Positions 50,399 through 60,824 are shown, counted from the first letter of the stretch. The stretch is DNA of 64,000 bases from Porticoccaceae bacterium (GCA_029246925.1 JAQWMF010000014.1:242-64241), one strand, 5' to 3'. Numbers and translations: made by a program. Notes: generated by a model from the letters alone, not told the origin.

Positions 50399-53300
50399 TA
50401 AATCCTCCATCCTATGGTCTGATCGGCTGGTTTGCTAAAAATCCGGTTGCGGCCAATTTATTGATGCTATTTATTATAGTGGCAGGTGCAATTTCAGCGG
50501 TCACCATCAGCAAAGATATGTTTCCAAGAATGGAAAGACATTCTATTCAGGTCACTGCAGTTTATCCGGGTGCGGCACCTGTGGAAGTAGAGAAAGGCGT
50601 TATTTTACCCATAGAGGCAGCGTTGCAGGGGCTAAGTGGAGTCAAAGAAATACGCTCTACGGCAAATCGCGATAATGCCAGAATTGAATTGGATATTGAG
50701 CCCAGTCAAGATATCAACGAAATGTTGGCTAGGGTTGAAGATCGCATTAGCGGCATCCTAAATTTTCCTGAAGGCCTAGAAAAGCCCAGCGTTAGCAAAT
50801 TTGAAAATATGGGTTGGGTATCTGGTGTAGCTGTATCTGGCCCCCTCGATGAATTTCAAAGAAAGACCCTAGGTCAGCAAATTAGAGATGAATTGCTAGA
50901 ATTACCAGAAGTAAAAAAAGTGATTCTGTGGGGCGTTGACGACTATGAAATTGCCATTGAAGTCAAAGAAGATCGGCTTAGAGAATTAAATATGACACTG
51001 AGTGAAGTAGCCCGAGCGCTTCGCGAGTCCTCACTGGATCTGCCCGCAGGGATGATTCGGTCATCTAACGGAAATATCCTAGTTCGAACCGAAGGCAAAG
51101 CTTATTCAGGTGAGGAATTTGAAAATATAGTACTGCGCAGCAACCCCGACGGGTCTCAATTACTGGTATCCGATGTTGCCGTGGTCAAAGACGCATTTAA
51201 AGAATCCAGCACCTTTGTGCACTTTGATAAAGAGTCTGCCATTACCCTAGGTATATTTTCCTTAGAAAATCAAAATTTACTGGCAATAGATGAAGCAGTC
51301 AAAAGCTATATTGAGAAAAAATCAGACAGCCTAGTCGATGGTCTAGCCATAGAACAATTCGAGCCACTGTCATTTCATCTACGTGGTCGACTCGACATGA
51401 TGTTATCCAATCTTGCCATGGGTGCAATATTAGTTGCAGTGGTCCTAACTCTATTCCTTAACATTCAGGTTGGATTTTGGGTATTGCTAGGAATACCCGT
51501 CAGTTTCTTAGGGGCATTTTGGTTAATGCCAGTAAACCCCTATCCAGTAACAGTCAATGTTTTAAGCCTATTTGCTTTTATAATGGTGCTGGGGATTGTG
51601 GTGGATGACGCCATTGTTATCGGCGAGAGTATTTATACCGAGGCACAGCAGCAGGCAGCAATAATAGGTGCAGAAGGTGGCGATGAAAGCGCCTTTAGAG
51701 CCTCTTTAGAGCATGTAATAGCCGGTGCACAAAAGGTGGCAATACCCTCAACAATTGGTGTATTAACCACCATGGCCGCCTTTGCACCAATGTTATTTAT
51801 TGGTGGTGTCGTGGCAGGCTTCCAAGAAGCCATTGCAACAGTTGTTATTCTCTGCCTAATATTTTCACTGATCGAATCCAAGTTAATTTTGCCAGCGCAT
51901 TTGGTAGGGTTAAAAATTGGCGGCAAGCCAAAGTCGCGGTTTCAATTTATTGGCAAATGGCAGACGCAAATTGATAAAAGTCTAAAATCATTTATCGCCA
52001 ATAAGTATCAGCCCTTCCTTGCCCTCTGCATTAAGCGGCGTTACCTAACGGTATCATTCTTTTTAGGGCTATTAATTATTGCCGGCGGGGCAGTCAACAG
52101 TGGTATCGCTCGATTTGAGTTTTTCCCGAATGTACCAAGTGACACGGTTCGTGCAGAGGTGATTGTGTATGATGGCACTTCAGCACAAGATATGGCCGAT
52201 ATACTTATCGCAATTGAAGAAGCGGCCTACATAGTCGATGAAAATTATCGCAAGCAGAACCCCAATAGTGATGGTCTAGTTAAACACCTTTTGTTCTATG
52301 CAGGTTCTGATACAAGCGGTACCTTTATTGTGTCATTGGTTCCATCCGAACATAGACAAATTTCATCCTTAGAGTTTGAGCGACTTTGGCGACAGCAGGT
52401 GGGAGAATTACCCAACGTAAGAAAGCAGCGATACTATGCCAGTACCAATGCTGGTGGTGGAGCAAAGATTAATTTGCAGCTCAGTGGCGTTAATCCCGAA
52501 CAGTTAGCACTGGCGAGTAACCAGCTACAAAACACATTAGCCCAATACAATGGGGTGTTTGATATTTATAACTCTCAGGGAACTGGAGGACAGGAAATTC
52601 AAATAAGTCTTAAGCCCTATGCAAGTCAGATAGGGATAAGCCTTGCCGATGTGGGCCGGCAGGTGCGGCAAGCCTTCTTTGGTGAAGAAGTGCAGCGTAT
52701 CCAAAGAGGTGTCGACAGAGTAAAAGTCATGGTTCGCTATCCAATAGAAGAGCGTGGTTCGGTAGATAATCTTGAAAATCTGTTAATTAGAACCAAAACC
52801 GGACAAGCAATTCGTATAGGTCAAGTGGCTGATATTAAACTAGGCGAGGGTCTCTCCAGTATTTCTAGAACTGATAGAAAGCGAACAGTTAATGTTACTG
52901 CAGATATAGATCCAACTAAAACTCAAACAGGGATTGTGGTGTCGGATATCACCGAAAATCATATTCCCCAATTACTTGAACAGTATCCCGATGTGGCATT
53001 TGATGTTGGTGGCTCAACCAAAGAAGAAAACACGCTAATGATGCGAACAGCGGTTGGCTTTATAGCGGCATTGTTTATGATCTATGGTCTATTAGCGGTT
53101 CCCCTAAGGTCCTATGTTCAGCCATTAGTTATTATGTCAGTCATTCCTTTTGGATTTATAGGTGCAGTAGTGGGTCATATTCTCTTTGGTATCTCGCTGA
53201 ATATGTTGTCCATACTGGGATTAGTTGCCCTATCGGGGGTTGTGGTCAATGACAGTCTCATTCTAGTTGAGTTTGCTAATCGGCGTCGCTCTGATGGATT

Positions 53301-53580
53301 ATCCATTGAAGATTCCCTGCTGTCTGCTGGCCAGCAGAGATTTCGCGCCATAGTGCTGACCACTTTAACAACCTTTGTCGGTCTTCTACCCATGCTTTTT
53401 GAAACCAGTATGCAGGCTCAGTTTGTAATACCAATGGCTATTTCACTGAGTTTTGGCATCGTGTTCGCAACCACTATGACCCTAATATTAGTCCCCTGTT
53501 GTTATCGAATTGTTTACGATGTCAGGGGCCAAGTGGATAGCCGATTACAGGCTCTTAAAGCTAAAATAGCCAATGATTGA
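50395..53580 (+). CDS. RND efflux permease (AcrB/AcrD/AcrF family)
   Basis: NPVAANLLM, GIVVDDAIV, VVVNDSL, RFRAIVLTTLTT; ATGA overlap with the MFP gene. Confidence 0.93.
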   Translation: MINPPSYGLIGWFAKNPVAANLLMLFIIVAGAISAVTISKDMFPRMERHSIQVTAVYPGAAPVEVEKGVILPIEAALQGLSGVKEIRSTANRDNARIELDIEPSQDINEMLARVEDRISGILNFPEGLEKPSVSKFENMGWVSGVAVSGPLDEFQRKTLGQQIRDELLELPEVKKVILWGVDDYEIAIEVKEDRLRELNMTLSEVARALRESSLDLPAGMIRSSNGNILVRTEGKAYSGEEFENIVLRSNPDGSQLLVSDVAVVKDAFKESSTFVHFDKESAITLGIFSLENQNLLAIDEAVKSYIEKKSDSLVDGLAIEQFEPLSFHLRGRLDMMLSNLAMGAILVAVVLTLFLNIQVGFWVLLGIPVSFLGAFWLMPVNPYPVTVNVLSLFAFIMVLGIVVDDAIVIGESIYTEAQQQAAIIGAEGGDESAFRASLEHVIAGAQKVAIPSTIGVLTTMAAFAPMLFIGGVVAGFQEAIATVVILCLIFSLIESKLILPAHLVGLKIGGKPKSRFQFIGKWQTQIDKSLKSFIANKYQPFLALCIKRRYLTVSFFLGLLIIAGGAVNSGIARFEFFPNVPSDTVRAEVIVYDGTSAQDMADILIAIEEAAYIVDENYRKQNPNSDGLVKHLLFYAGSDTSGTFIVSLVPSEHRQISSLEFERLWRQQVGELPNVRKQRYYASTNAGGGAKINLQLSGVNPEQLALASNQLQNTLAQYNGVFDIYNSQGTGGQEIQISLKPYASQIGISLADVGRQVRQAFFGEEVQRIQRGVDRVKVMVRYPIEERGSVDNLENLLIRTKTGQAIRIGQVADIKLGEGLSSISRTDRKRTVNVTADIDPTKTQTGIVVSDITENHIPQLLEQYPDVAFDVGGSTKEENTLMMRTAVGFIAALFMIYGLLAVPLRSYVQPLVIMSVIPFGFIGAVVGHILFGISLNMLSILGLVALSGVVVNDSLILVEFANRRRSDGLSIEDSLLSAGQQRFRAIVLTTLTTFVGLLPMLFETSMQAQFVIPMAISLSFGIVFATTMTLILVPCCYRIVYDVRGQVDSRLQALKAKIAND

Positions 53581-53634
53581 AAAATCTGAATAAACGCCTG
53601 CCATTAGTTACAATGTCTGGTTTAAACAATAATT

Positions 53635-54246
53635 TTGGAGTCTCCGTTGGTTCTACGTTTTATTGAATCTTCTACCTTACCCACCCGTTGGGGTACTTTT
53701 GATATACATGGTTTTGAAGACCCATTCAAAGGCAAAGAGCATATTGCCATTACCATGGGTAACTGTGCAGCCAATGAGCCATTAGCCGTGAGAATTCACT
53801 CTGAATGCTTAACCGGAGATGCGTTAGGTAGTTTGCGTTGTGACTGTGGCGAGCAATTACAAGAAGCTTTACGCAGCATAGCTGAAATAGGTCGTGGAGC
53901 CATTTTATATCTTCGTCAAGAGGGTCGAGGCATAGGCCTAGTGAATAAGATACGCGCCTATAACCTTCAAGATCAGGGCGCAGATACAGTAGAAGCTAAC
54001 GAGCGCTTAGGCTTTGGTGCAGATATGCGTGACTATTCCATCTGCGCACCAATGCTTCAGCATTTAGGCGCTCAAAAAATACAGCTCATGACCAATAATC
54101 CACGCAAGATAGAAGCACTCAAAGAGCTGGGTTTTGATGTTACTGATCGTATTCCACATCAGGTTGAAAGTAATCCACATAATGTACAATATCTAGCGAT
54201 CAAAGCTGGAAAGTTGGGTCATATTTTTAAAGATAACAACAAGTGA
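53635..54246 (+). CDS. ribA: GTP cyclohydrolase II
   Basis: [41 protein letters not shown]; TTG start. Confidence 0.96.
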   Translation: MESPLVLRFIESSTLPTRWGTFDIHGFEDPFKGKEHIAITMGNCAANEPLAVRIHSECLTGDALGSLRCDCGEQLQEALRSIAEIGRGAILYLRQEGRGIGLVNKIRAYNLQDQGADTVEANERLGFGADMRDYSICAPMLQHLGAQKIQLMTNNPRKIEALKELGFDVTDRIPHQVESNPHNVQYLAIKAGKLGHIFKDNNK

Positions 54247-54254
54247 GACCTAGT

Positions 54255-55028
54255 ATGTCAAAAGGTTTAGCAAAGCGTCTGATACCCTGCCTCGATGTTG
54301 ATAAAGGTCGTGTGGTTAAAGGCGTGCAGTTTGTAGATATACGTGATGCTGGCGACCCTGTAGAAGTCGCGCGTCGCTATAACGAACAGGGTGCCGATGA
54401 AATTACTTTTCTCGATATTACAGCCAGTCATGAAGATAGAGATACCACATTGCATACCGTCGAGCGCATGGCGGGTGAAGTATTTATTCCCCTTACTGTA
54501 GGTGGTGGCGTTCGCGAACTGTCAGATATCCGTAACCTGTTAAATGCTGGTGCAGACAAAGTAGCTATCAATTCAGCCGCCATTAAAAACCCACAGTTTG
54601 TTAAAGACGCTGCAAGTAAATTTGGATCCCAGTGTATAGTAGTGGCCATTGATGCCAAGCAGACAGATCATTCAAGCAATCCAAGATGGGAAATTTTTAC
54701 CCATGGCGGGCGAAATTCAACCGGTATCTGCGCTATAAAATGGGCCATTAAAATGGCCAGTTATGGCGCAGGAGAAATCCTTCTTACCAGTATGGATCGC
54801 GATGGAACAAAAAATGGTTTTGATTTAGAGCTCACCTCAAGAATTAGCGACGCAATTGCAGTGCCCGTTATAGCCTCTGGCGGAGTAGGGAATCTTCAGC
54901 ATTTAGTAGACGGCGTTCAAAAAGGTGGAGCAGATGCAGTATTGGCCGCCAGTATTTTTCACTTTGGCGAGCACAGTATTCCTGAAGCCAAGAAATTTAT
55001 GGCTGAGCAGGGTGTGCTAGTAAGATAA
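54255..55028 (+). CDS. hisF: Imidazole glycerol phosphate synthase cyclase subunit
   Basis: [49 protein letters not shown]; ATG at 54255 (the track starts at GTG 54243). Confidence 0.97.
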   Translation: MSKGLAKRLIPCLDVDKGRVVKGVQFVDIRDAGDPVEVARRYNEQGADEITFLDITASHEDRDTTLHTVERMAGEVFIPLTVGGGVRELSDIRNLLNAGADKVAINSAAIKNPQFVKDAASKFGSQCIVVAIDAKQTDHSSNPRWEIFTHGGRNSTGICAIKWAIKMASYGAGEILLTSMDRDGTKNGFDLELTSRISDAIAVPVIASGGVGNLQHLVDGVQKGGADAVLAASIFHFGEHSIPEAKKFMAEQGVLVR

Positions 55029-55030
55029 TT

Positions 55031-55055
55031 AAAAAAAGACCGCGAAGCCGCGGTC
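55031..55055 (-). terminator. Rho-independent terminator of rpoE-chrR
   Basis: gaccgcg-aagc-cgcggtc preceded by A7 on the + strand (U-tract on the minus strand). Confidence 0.75.
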
Positions 55056-55085
55056 AAAGTCTTAAGATGCTAAGAGGGAATAGTT

Positions 55086-55754
55086 TTATGAAGGGTTGAC
55101 CCTCAACCATGGGTTTAGGATCAAGCCTAAAATACTTTTCAGCTTAATCGGGGCCTCTCGGGCGGAGAGACAAATACACTCACCGTTTTTAGCGCCCATA
55201 GGCTGATGAACATCACCTGGCTCTCTGATAATAAAGTCGCCTTGCGTGTAAACAGATTTTTCATCCGAGAAACTGCCTTTTAATACCACTGTATATTCCA
55301 AGCCGCGGTGATCATGTTTAGGCGTTACACCACCAGCGCAAATTTTATGTAAGGCAACTTCAAACTTGCTCTGACCCGTAAATAATTTAGCGACTTCCAT
55401 AGAGCTTGAGAGGCGTTTCCATACAGGCGTATTTTGAGCGTCGTTAAGTAATTTATTAACATGTGTGGGAAAACCACTGATGTCAGTTTTTTCTCGCGAA
55501 TTCTCGACGGCTGGTTGTGGTTGATCTATTTGAGCCATAACCTTATCGAATAGACCGTTATCAATAATAGCCTCAGGCTGAGCTTCATACATAAGCTGGG
55601 CGCCAATTTCGTTGAGTCTAGCCACTTCATTTCTACAGCATTTGCAAAAATGTAAGTGAGCCGAGACGCAGATAGAGGTGGCGGTATCGAGAGTTCCGGC
55701 TGAAAATTCAACAAGCATTTCACTTGAGGGGTGGTGATTTAAAAATTTAGTCAT
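55086..55754 (-). CDS. chrR: Anti-sigma factor ChrR
   Basis: HHPS.EMLVEFSAG, HLHFCKCC zinc-binding anti-sigma motif, C-terminal cupin (H.H.G.E.TVVL.GSF.D, HQP). Confidence 0.9.
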   Translation of the reverse strand: MTKFLNHHPSSEMLVEFSAGTLDTATSICVSAHLHFCKCCRNEVARLNEIGAQLMYEAQPEAIIDNGLFDKVMAQIDQPQPAVENSREKTDISGFPTHVNKLLNDAQNTPVWKRLSSSMEVAKLFTGQSKFEVALHKICAGGVTPKHDHRGLEYTVVLKGSFSDEKSVYTQGDFIIREPGDVHQPMGAKNGECICLSAREAPIKLKSILGLILNPWLRVNPS

Positions 55755-56406
55755 TAACTAGCTCTTTTTTAAATTCTGGAGCGACTAAAATCTGCAATTT
55801 GTGCAGGCCTAATCTAACTCTCGATTTTACTGTTCCTAGAGGTAAGTCCAGTTCTTGTGATGCTTCAGTATGAGACTTACCTTCCAGATACACTTTCCTT
55901 AGAATTTCATCTTGCTCCTGAGGGAGTTGTTCAAGGCTCAATTTCACATGTTCCTCGGTTCTTTTTTGTCTGAGTAAAGATACTGGTGTTGCTTCGTCAG
56001 GCTCATGCCAAAAATCTTCATTTTCCAACGGTAAATGCTGGGTATTGCATTTACGTCGTAACATATCTATTCGGCAGTTTCGAGCAACGGTATAGATCCA
56101 AGTAGTCGCAGAAGCTTTTTGCGGATTATAACCACCCGCTTTTTGCCAAACCTTAATCATAACCTCTTGAACTAAGTCTTCAGCAAGCCCAGGGAACCAA
56201 CCATCTTGACGGCTAGCTTGGGCAAAACTTTTTAGCAAAGGGGCATAGTGCTCAAATAATTGAGCAAATGCACTACGATCTTGAGAGGTGCCAACCTCTA
56301 CAAGGAGGACACTCCATATATCGTCGCGCTTCTCAGTGCTTTTAAAAATAGCAACTTTAGGCGCACTTTGATTTATTTTGTCCATAGTGGCTCTTGTTTT
56401 ATTCAT
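55747..56406 (-). CDS. rpoE: ECF sigma factor RpoE of the RpoE-ChrR (ECF11) type
   Basis: AEDLVQEVMIKVW, WIYTVARN..ID, HTEASQELDLPLGTVKSRVRLG; overlaps chrR. Confidence 0.9.
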   Translation of the reverse strand: MNKTRATMDKINQSAPKVAIFKSTEKRDDIWSVLLVEVGTSQDRSAFAQLFEHYAPLLKSFAQASRQDGWFPGLAEDLVQEVMIKVWQKAGGYNPQKASATTWIYTVARNCRIDMLRRKCNTQHLPLENEDFWHEPDEATPVSLLRQKRTEEHVKLSLEQLPQEQDEILRKVYLEGKSHTEASQELDLPLGTVKSRVRLGLHKLQILVAPEFKKELVND

Positions 56407-56440
56407 TACTATTAGTCTTCTTATTAAGTCTAACAGTAGT

Positions 56441-56466
56441 TACGTTTAAATCGAAAACTAAGATCA
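56441..56466 (-). promoter_or_regulatory. Probable autoregulatory ECF11 promoter (TGATCT-N16-CGTA)
   Basis: Minus strand reads TGATCT tagttttcgatttaaa CGTA, 35 nt upstream of the rpoE start; matches the recalled RpoE-ChrR consensus TGATCC/CGTA. Confidence 0.65.
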
Positions 56467-56627
56467 CCGGTTCAGGGATTATTTTTATGGCAGGCATAAT
56501 ATCTAGGTTATCTATAACCGATATATTAATTAAGGCTAACGGTATCAGCTAGATTTAAGTAGGATTATGCTATGGTTACAAAGAAATTGTCCTGTAATTT
56601 TATGTCGAATAAAAGAAGGTTTAGTTT

Positions 56628-57911
56628 ATGAGTATTACCCAGCGAATCGTTATGGCCATGTTACTTGGTCTCCTCTGTGGAGCATTGTTAAATATTATGT
56701 TGTCTACAGGAATATTTCCAGAAACGGTAACAGCATGGTTAGAAAACAGTATAGTCAACGGCCTTTTTGACACAATTGGGCAGATCTTTGTCCGCTCACT
56801 AAAACTTCTAGTAGTCCCCCTAGTTTTTATTTCCTTAATTTGTGGTGTTTCATCCTTAGGAAACAATTCACGAATGGGTGCGGTGGCTTCGAAAACCGTC
56901 GCTTTGTATATGGTGACAACCGCCATTGCCATTGGACTGGCAATTTTAACCGCAGTGATAGTTAAGCCCGGCGTGGGTATTGATTTAGCAATGGCTAGCG
57001 AATTTGTGGCCAAAGAAGCACCACCACTAAAGCAAACAATCATCAACATTTTCCCCAGCAATCCCATTCAATCTATGTCCAATGGGTCGATTCTTCAAGT
57101 GATAGTCTTTGCATTATTAATGGGTTTTGCAATATCCAAAGCGGGTGATCAGGGTAAAAGAATTAGCGACTTCTTTAACGATCTCAATGCCATCATTATG
57201 AAGATGGTAATGATACTTATGAAATTAGCGCCCTATGGAATATTTTGCCTCTTGGCCAAGTTATTTGCTGATGTAGGCATAGCAATGATAATGAGTCTCG
57301 CCAAATACTTCTTTACAGTGCTTTTTGTACTCTTATTACACAGCTTAGGTGTTTACTCAGTAATTTTCAAAGCGTTTACGGGTCTAAACATTAAAACCTT
57401 TTTAAGCAAACTACGCCCTGCATTAGCACTAGCATTCAGCACCGCATCAAGCGGCGCTACTATGCCTGTTACCATGAAAACCGTTGAACAGCGCATGGGA
57501 GTTAGCAAGAGTGTTTCCTCTTTTACCATACCGCTAGGCGCAACCATTAATATGGACGGTACAGCCATAATGCAAGGCGTAGCCACAGTATTTATCGCAC
57601 AGGCCTATAATATCGGGCTGGGTTTAGAAGGCTATCTCACCGTTGTTTTAACAGCTACTCTTGCCTCAATTGGTACAGCCGCAGTGCCAGGGGTTGGGCT
57701 TGTAATGTTGGTAATGGTCCTCAATCAAGTGGGCTTGCCCGTTGAAGGTATTGGCCTCATTATTGGTGTGGATAGACTATTAGACATGACTCGAACCGCC
57801 ACTAATATAACGGGTGATGCCATGGTGACTACCGTGGTAGCGAATAGTGAAAATCTGTTGGATAAAGATAAATTTAATAATCCCCTTTCGGGTACAGAAG
57901 AGGCAGTCTAA
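56628..57911 (+). CDS. Dicarboxylate/amino acid:cation symporter (DAACS, GltP-like)
   Basis: LKLLVVPLVF, FSTASS.AT.P, PLGATINMDGTA, ASIGTAAVPG, DRLLDM.RT. Confidence 0.93.
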   Translation: MSITQRIVMAMLLGLLCGALLNIMLSTGIFPETVTAWLENSIVNGLFDTIGQIFVRSLKLLVVPLVFISLICGVSSLGNNSRMGAVASKTVALYMVTTAIAIGLAILTAVIVKPGVGIDLAMASEFVAKEAPPLKQTIINIFPSNPIQSMSNGSILQVIVFALLMGFAISKAGDQGKRISDFFNDLNAIIMKMVMILMKLAPYGIFCLLAKLFADVGIAMIMSLAKYFFTVLFVLLLHSLGVYSVIFKAFTGLNIKTFLSKLRPALALAFSTASSGATMPVTMKTVEQRMGVSKSVSSFTIPLGATINMDGTAIMQGVATVFIAQAYNIGLGLEGYLTVVLTATLASIGTAAVPGVGLVMLVMVLNQVGLPVEGIGLIIGVDRLLDMTRTATNITGDAMVTTVVANSENLLDKDKFNNPLSGTEEAV

Positions 57912-57919
57912 TACTTTAT

Positions 57920-59257
57920 ATGGAAGCCTCAGTACAAGAAACGGCCCTTACTGATTTATTTCAACAGCATATTGCTGAAAAGGTCTCAAGATTCCAGCAC
58001 ATTCTCGAGACTTTAGATTGGGATGAAATTATCATTGGTTCAGGTAGTGAAAAAGTTCAATTTCAGGACGATATGGCCTATTCATTCAAAATAAATCCCT
58101 ACTTTAGAGAATGGATGCCCCTAGATAAACGCGCCAATTGTTTTCTGCAGATACAGCGCAACACAGATAAGCCAACGTTATATTTATGCTGTAAGGAAGA
58201 TATTTGGCATTCGGCGCCACAGGCATTGCCAGAAGGATTTTCCGAACATCTCGAAATTATTGAATACGCCAGTATCGAGGAATTAAAAAAACAGTTAAAA
58301 ATTTCCGAAGAAAGGCTGGTTTTAATCAATGAAACCAATGATTTAGAAATACCTAATGCACAATGGAATTCTCAGCAAGTTCTCCATGCCATTGATTTTC
58401 AGCGACGCAGTAAAACGTCTTATGAACATGCCTGTGTACGTCAAGCAACACAGCTTGCAGTGCCAGCGCACAGGGCAGCTGAGCAAGCCTTTATGTCAGG
58501 TGCAACAGAATTAGAAATCGCCAGTGCCTACCTTTCGGCCTGTAAGCGAAGTGAAAACGAAATGCCCTACGCCATTATTGCAGGTATCAATGAAAACGCA
58601 GCAGTACTCCACCATCATCAGTTAAATAGACAATCAGTTCAGCCGCGAAGTTTCTTAATTGATGCTGGGGTCCAATTTAATAACTACGCATCAGATATTA
58701 CCCGCACCTACGCTTTCGATAAAGACTCTGATTTTTCAGCAATGATTGATCATTTAGATAAGGTTCAGCAGACGTTAGTCAACGAGGGCGGTATTGGCAA
58801 AAGTCCAATGGATTTGCATGTATTAGCACAGCAACAGATTGCTCAGATCCTGATAGATTTTAAATTACTCAAGGTTTCTGTAGAGCAGGCGTTAGATAAA
58901 AAAATTATCAATACATTCTTTCCCCACGGTCTAGGGCACCATTTAGGCAGTAATGTGCATGATAAGGGGAGTCGGCTAGCTAGCCCGAAAGGTGATCTGG
59001 TTCCGGCATCTGAAAAATACCCTAAATTGCGAGCCAGTGCCCCGATGGTAGCTAATCAAATTTACACAGTAGAGCCGGGTATATATTTTATACCTTCACT
59101 TTTAGATAAATTAAATGCGGGCAAGCAAGCAGATAGCATTAACTGGAAAGAGATAAAAAAATGGATGCCATACGGCGGTATTCGTATTGAGGATAATATT
59201 ATTTTGCATGCAAATTCTGAGTTAGAAAATATTACCCGACAAGCATTTCATAAATAG
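57920..59257 (+). CDS. pepQ: Xaa-Pro dipeptidase (prolidase)
   Basis: FKINPYF..W.P, KTSYE..C.R.A, LIDAG, ASDITRT, PHGLGH, TVEPG.YF, GGIRIEDN. Confidence 0.92.
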   Translation: MEASVQETALTDLFQQHIAEKVSRFQHILETLDWDEIIIGSGSEKVQFQDDMAYSFKINPYFREWMPLDKRANCFLQIQRNTDKPTLYLCCKEDIWHSAPQALPEGFSEHLEIIEYASIEELKKQLKISEERLVLINETNDLEIPNAQWNSQQVLHAIDFQRRSKTSYEHACVRQATQLAVPAHRAAEQAFMSGATELEIASAYLSACKRSENEMPYAIIAGINENAAVLHHHQLNRQSVQPRSFLIDAGVQFNNYASDITRTYAFDKDSDFSAMIDHLDKVQQTLVNEGGIGKSPMDLHVLAQQQIAQILIDFKLLKVSVEQALDKKIINTFFPHGLGHHLGSNVHDKGSRLASPKGDLVPASEKYPKLRASAPMVANQIYTVEPGIYFIPSLLDKLNAGKQADSINWKEIKKWMPYGGIRIEDNIILHANSELENITRQAFHK

Positions 59258-59284
59258 TCTTTGGTAAAAAATATAATTTTTATT

Positions 59285-59309
59285 CGTTCGAGTGCTTCAG
59301 TCGAACGCA
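59285..59309. promoter_or_regulatory. Putative operator CGTTCGA-N9-TCGAACG
   Basis: Perfect 7-bp inverted repeat; 22/24 identical to 4046-4069; upstream of the sugar MFS transporter. Confidence 0.65.
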
Positions 59310-59527
59310 CTTAATTTATTCTTTCGGTAACTTCAACTTCATCAACTCATATTAGAAAGGTAGATTTTATGCCCCAAGGCTAAAATTACGTCCATTTTTA
59401 CTAGAGTCGATAAAGTAACTATAGGTTGCGACTAAAACGCCGATATATGTTTTTACCATATTGAATGAATTTCATTACGGTACTAATCTAATTGCACAGT
59501 AACTAACAAACCATTTGGGGGGTTCTT

Positions 59528-60754
59528 ATGGCAGGTTCAATGTCAGGCGGTTCATCGACTAACACAGCAGGTGATCAGCAAAAAACACAAACATTCGCAT
59601 TTGTAGCGATGACATGTCTGTTTTTCTTTTGGGGATTTATCACAGTACTCAATGATATTTTAATTCCCTTTCTCAAGGACTCCTTTGATCTCAATTATAC
59701 ACAGGCAATGCTGGTACAATTTTGTTTTTTTGGTGCCTATTTTATTATTTCGCCATTTGCAGGAAAGTTAATCGATAAAGTTGGATACCAGCAAGGTATT
59801 GTTATTGGATTATTGACAACAGCACTGGGCTGTTTTCTTTTTTATCCATCAGCAGATCTTAATGTCTACGAGCTTTTCTTATTCGCATTCTTTGTTCTAG
59901 CTAGTGGTATAACTATCCTACAGGTTGCGGCAAACCCCTATGTAGCTGCATTAGGTCCCGATAAAACTGCGGCTAGCCGACTTAATTTAGCCCAAGCGGC
60001 AAACTCGCTAGGTACCACAGTAGGGCCATTAGTTGGTGCCGCACTCATTTTAGGTGTAGTAACTGCAGATGCATCAGCAGTTCAGGGTCCATATATCATA
60101 CTTGGGGTATTGCTAGTTTTAGTTGCGATTATGTTCCGCTATATAAAACTACCTAGAATTACCAGTGTAGAAAGTGATGTAGCTAATGATGATGAAAATA
60201 TTTGGGATCGTCGCTCACTCGTTTTGGGCGCATTGGCTATTTTCTTATATGTAGGTGGGGAAGTTTCCATTGGAAGTTTCTTAGTTAATTACTTTGCTGA
60301 GAGCTCTATTGCTGGTTTAAGTCATGCAGAAGCTGGTGAAATGGTTGCTTATTATTGGGGAGCAGCCATGATTGGACGTCTTGTTGGTGCTGTCGCAATG
60401 AACTACGTAGCACCTACCAAATATCTTTCACTCAATGCGCTGATTGCCATTTTAATGATAGTTGTAAGCATGAACTCCTCCGGAAGTATCGCCATGTGGT
60501 CAATATTGGCGGTAGGGTTCTTTAACTCAATTATGTTTCCCACAATATTTACACTGGCTGTAAAAGGTTTGGGCTCTCTAACAAGCAAAGGGTCAGGGTT
60601 AGTCTGTCAGGCAATTGTCGGTGGCGCATTGATTCCGCTAATTCAGGGTATGGCTGCAGATAGCATGGGTATACAGCTAAGCTTTATTGTACCCATGCTC
60701 TGCTATATCTACATAGGCTGGTATGCGCTAAGAGGTGTGCCTAATAGCCAATAG
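59528..60754 (+). CDS. Glucose/galactose MFS transporter (GluP/FucP family)
   Basis: FFFWGFITVLNDILIP, LQVAANPYV, YVGGEV, SIMFPTIFTL. Confidence 0.9.
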   Translation: MAGSMSGGSSTNTAGDQQKTQTFAFVAMTCLFFFWGFITVLNDILIPFLKDSFDLNYTQAMLVQFCFFGAYFIISPFAGKLIDKVGYQQGIVIGLLTTALGCFLFYPSADLNVYELFLFAFFVLASGITILQVAANPYVAALGPDKTAASRLNLAQAANSLGTTVGPLVGAALILGVVTADASAVQGPYIILGVLLVLVAIMFRYIKLPRITSVESDVANDDENIWDRRSLVLGALAIFLYVGGEVSIGSFLVNYFAESSIAGLSHAEAGEMVAYYWGAAMIGRLVGAVAMNYVAPTKYLSLNALIAILMIVVSMNSSGSIAMWSILAVGFFNSIMFPTIFTLAVKGLGSLTSKGSGLVCQAIVGGALIPLIQGMAADSMGIQLSFIVPMLCYIYIGWYALRGVPNSQ

Positions 60755-60767
60755 ATAGTACTACTTT

Positions 60768-60798
60768 AAAAAGCCTTAGCGACTCGTTAGGGCTTTTT
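60768..60798 (+). terminator. Rho-independent terminator after the MFS transporter
   Basis: aaaagccttagcga-c-tcgttagggctttt. Confidence 0.8.
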
Positions 60799-60824
60799 AT
60801 TTAAAGGGAAAATTATCGATTTTT

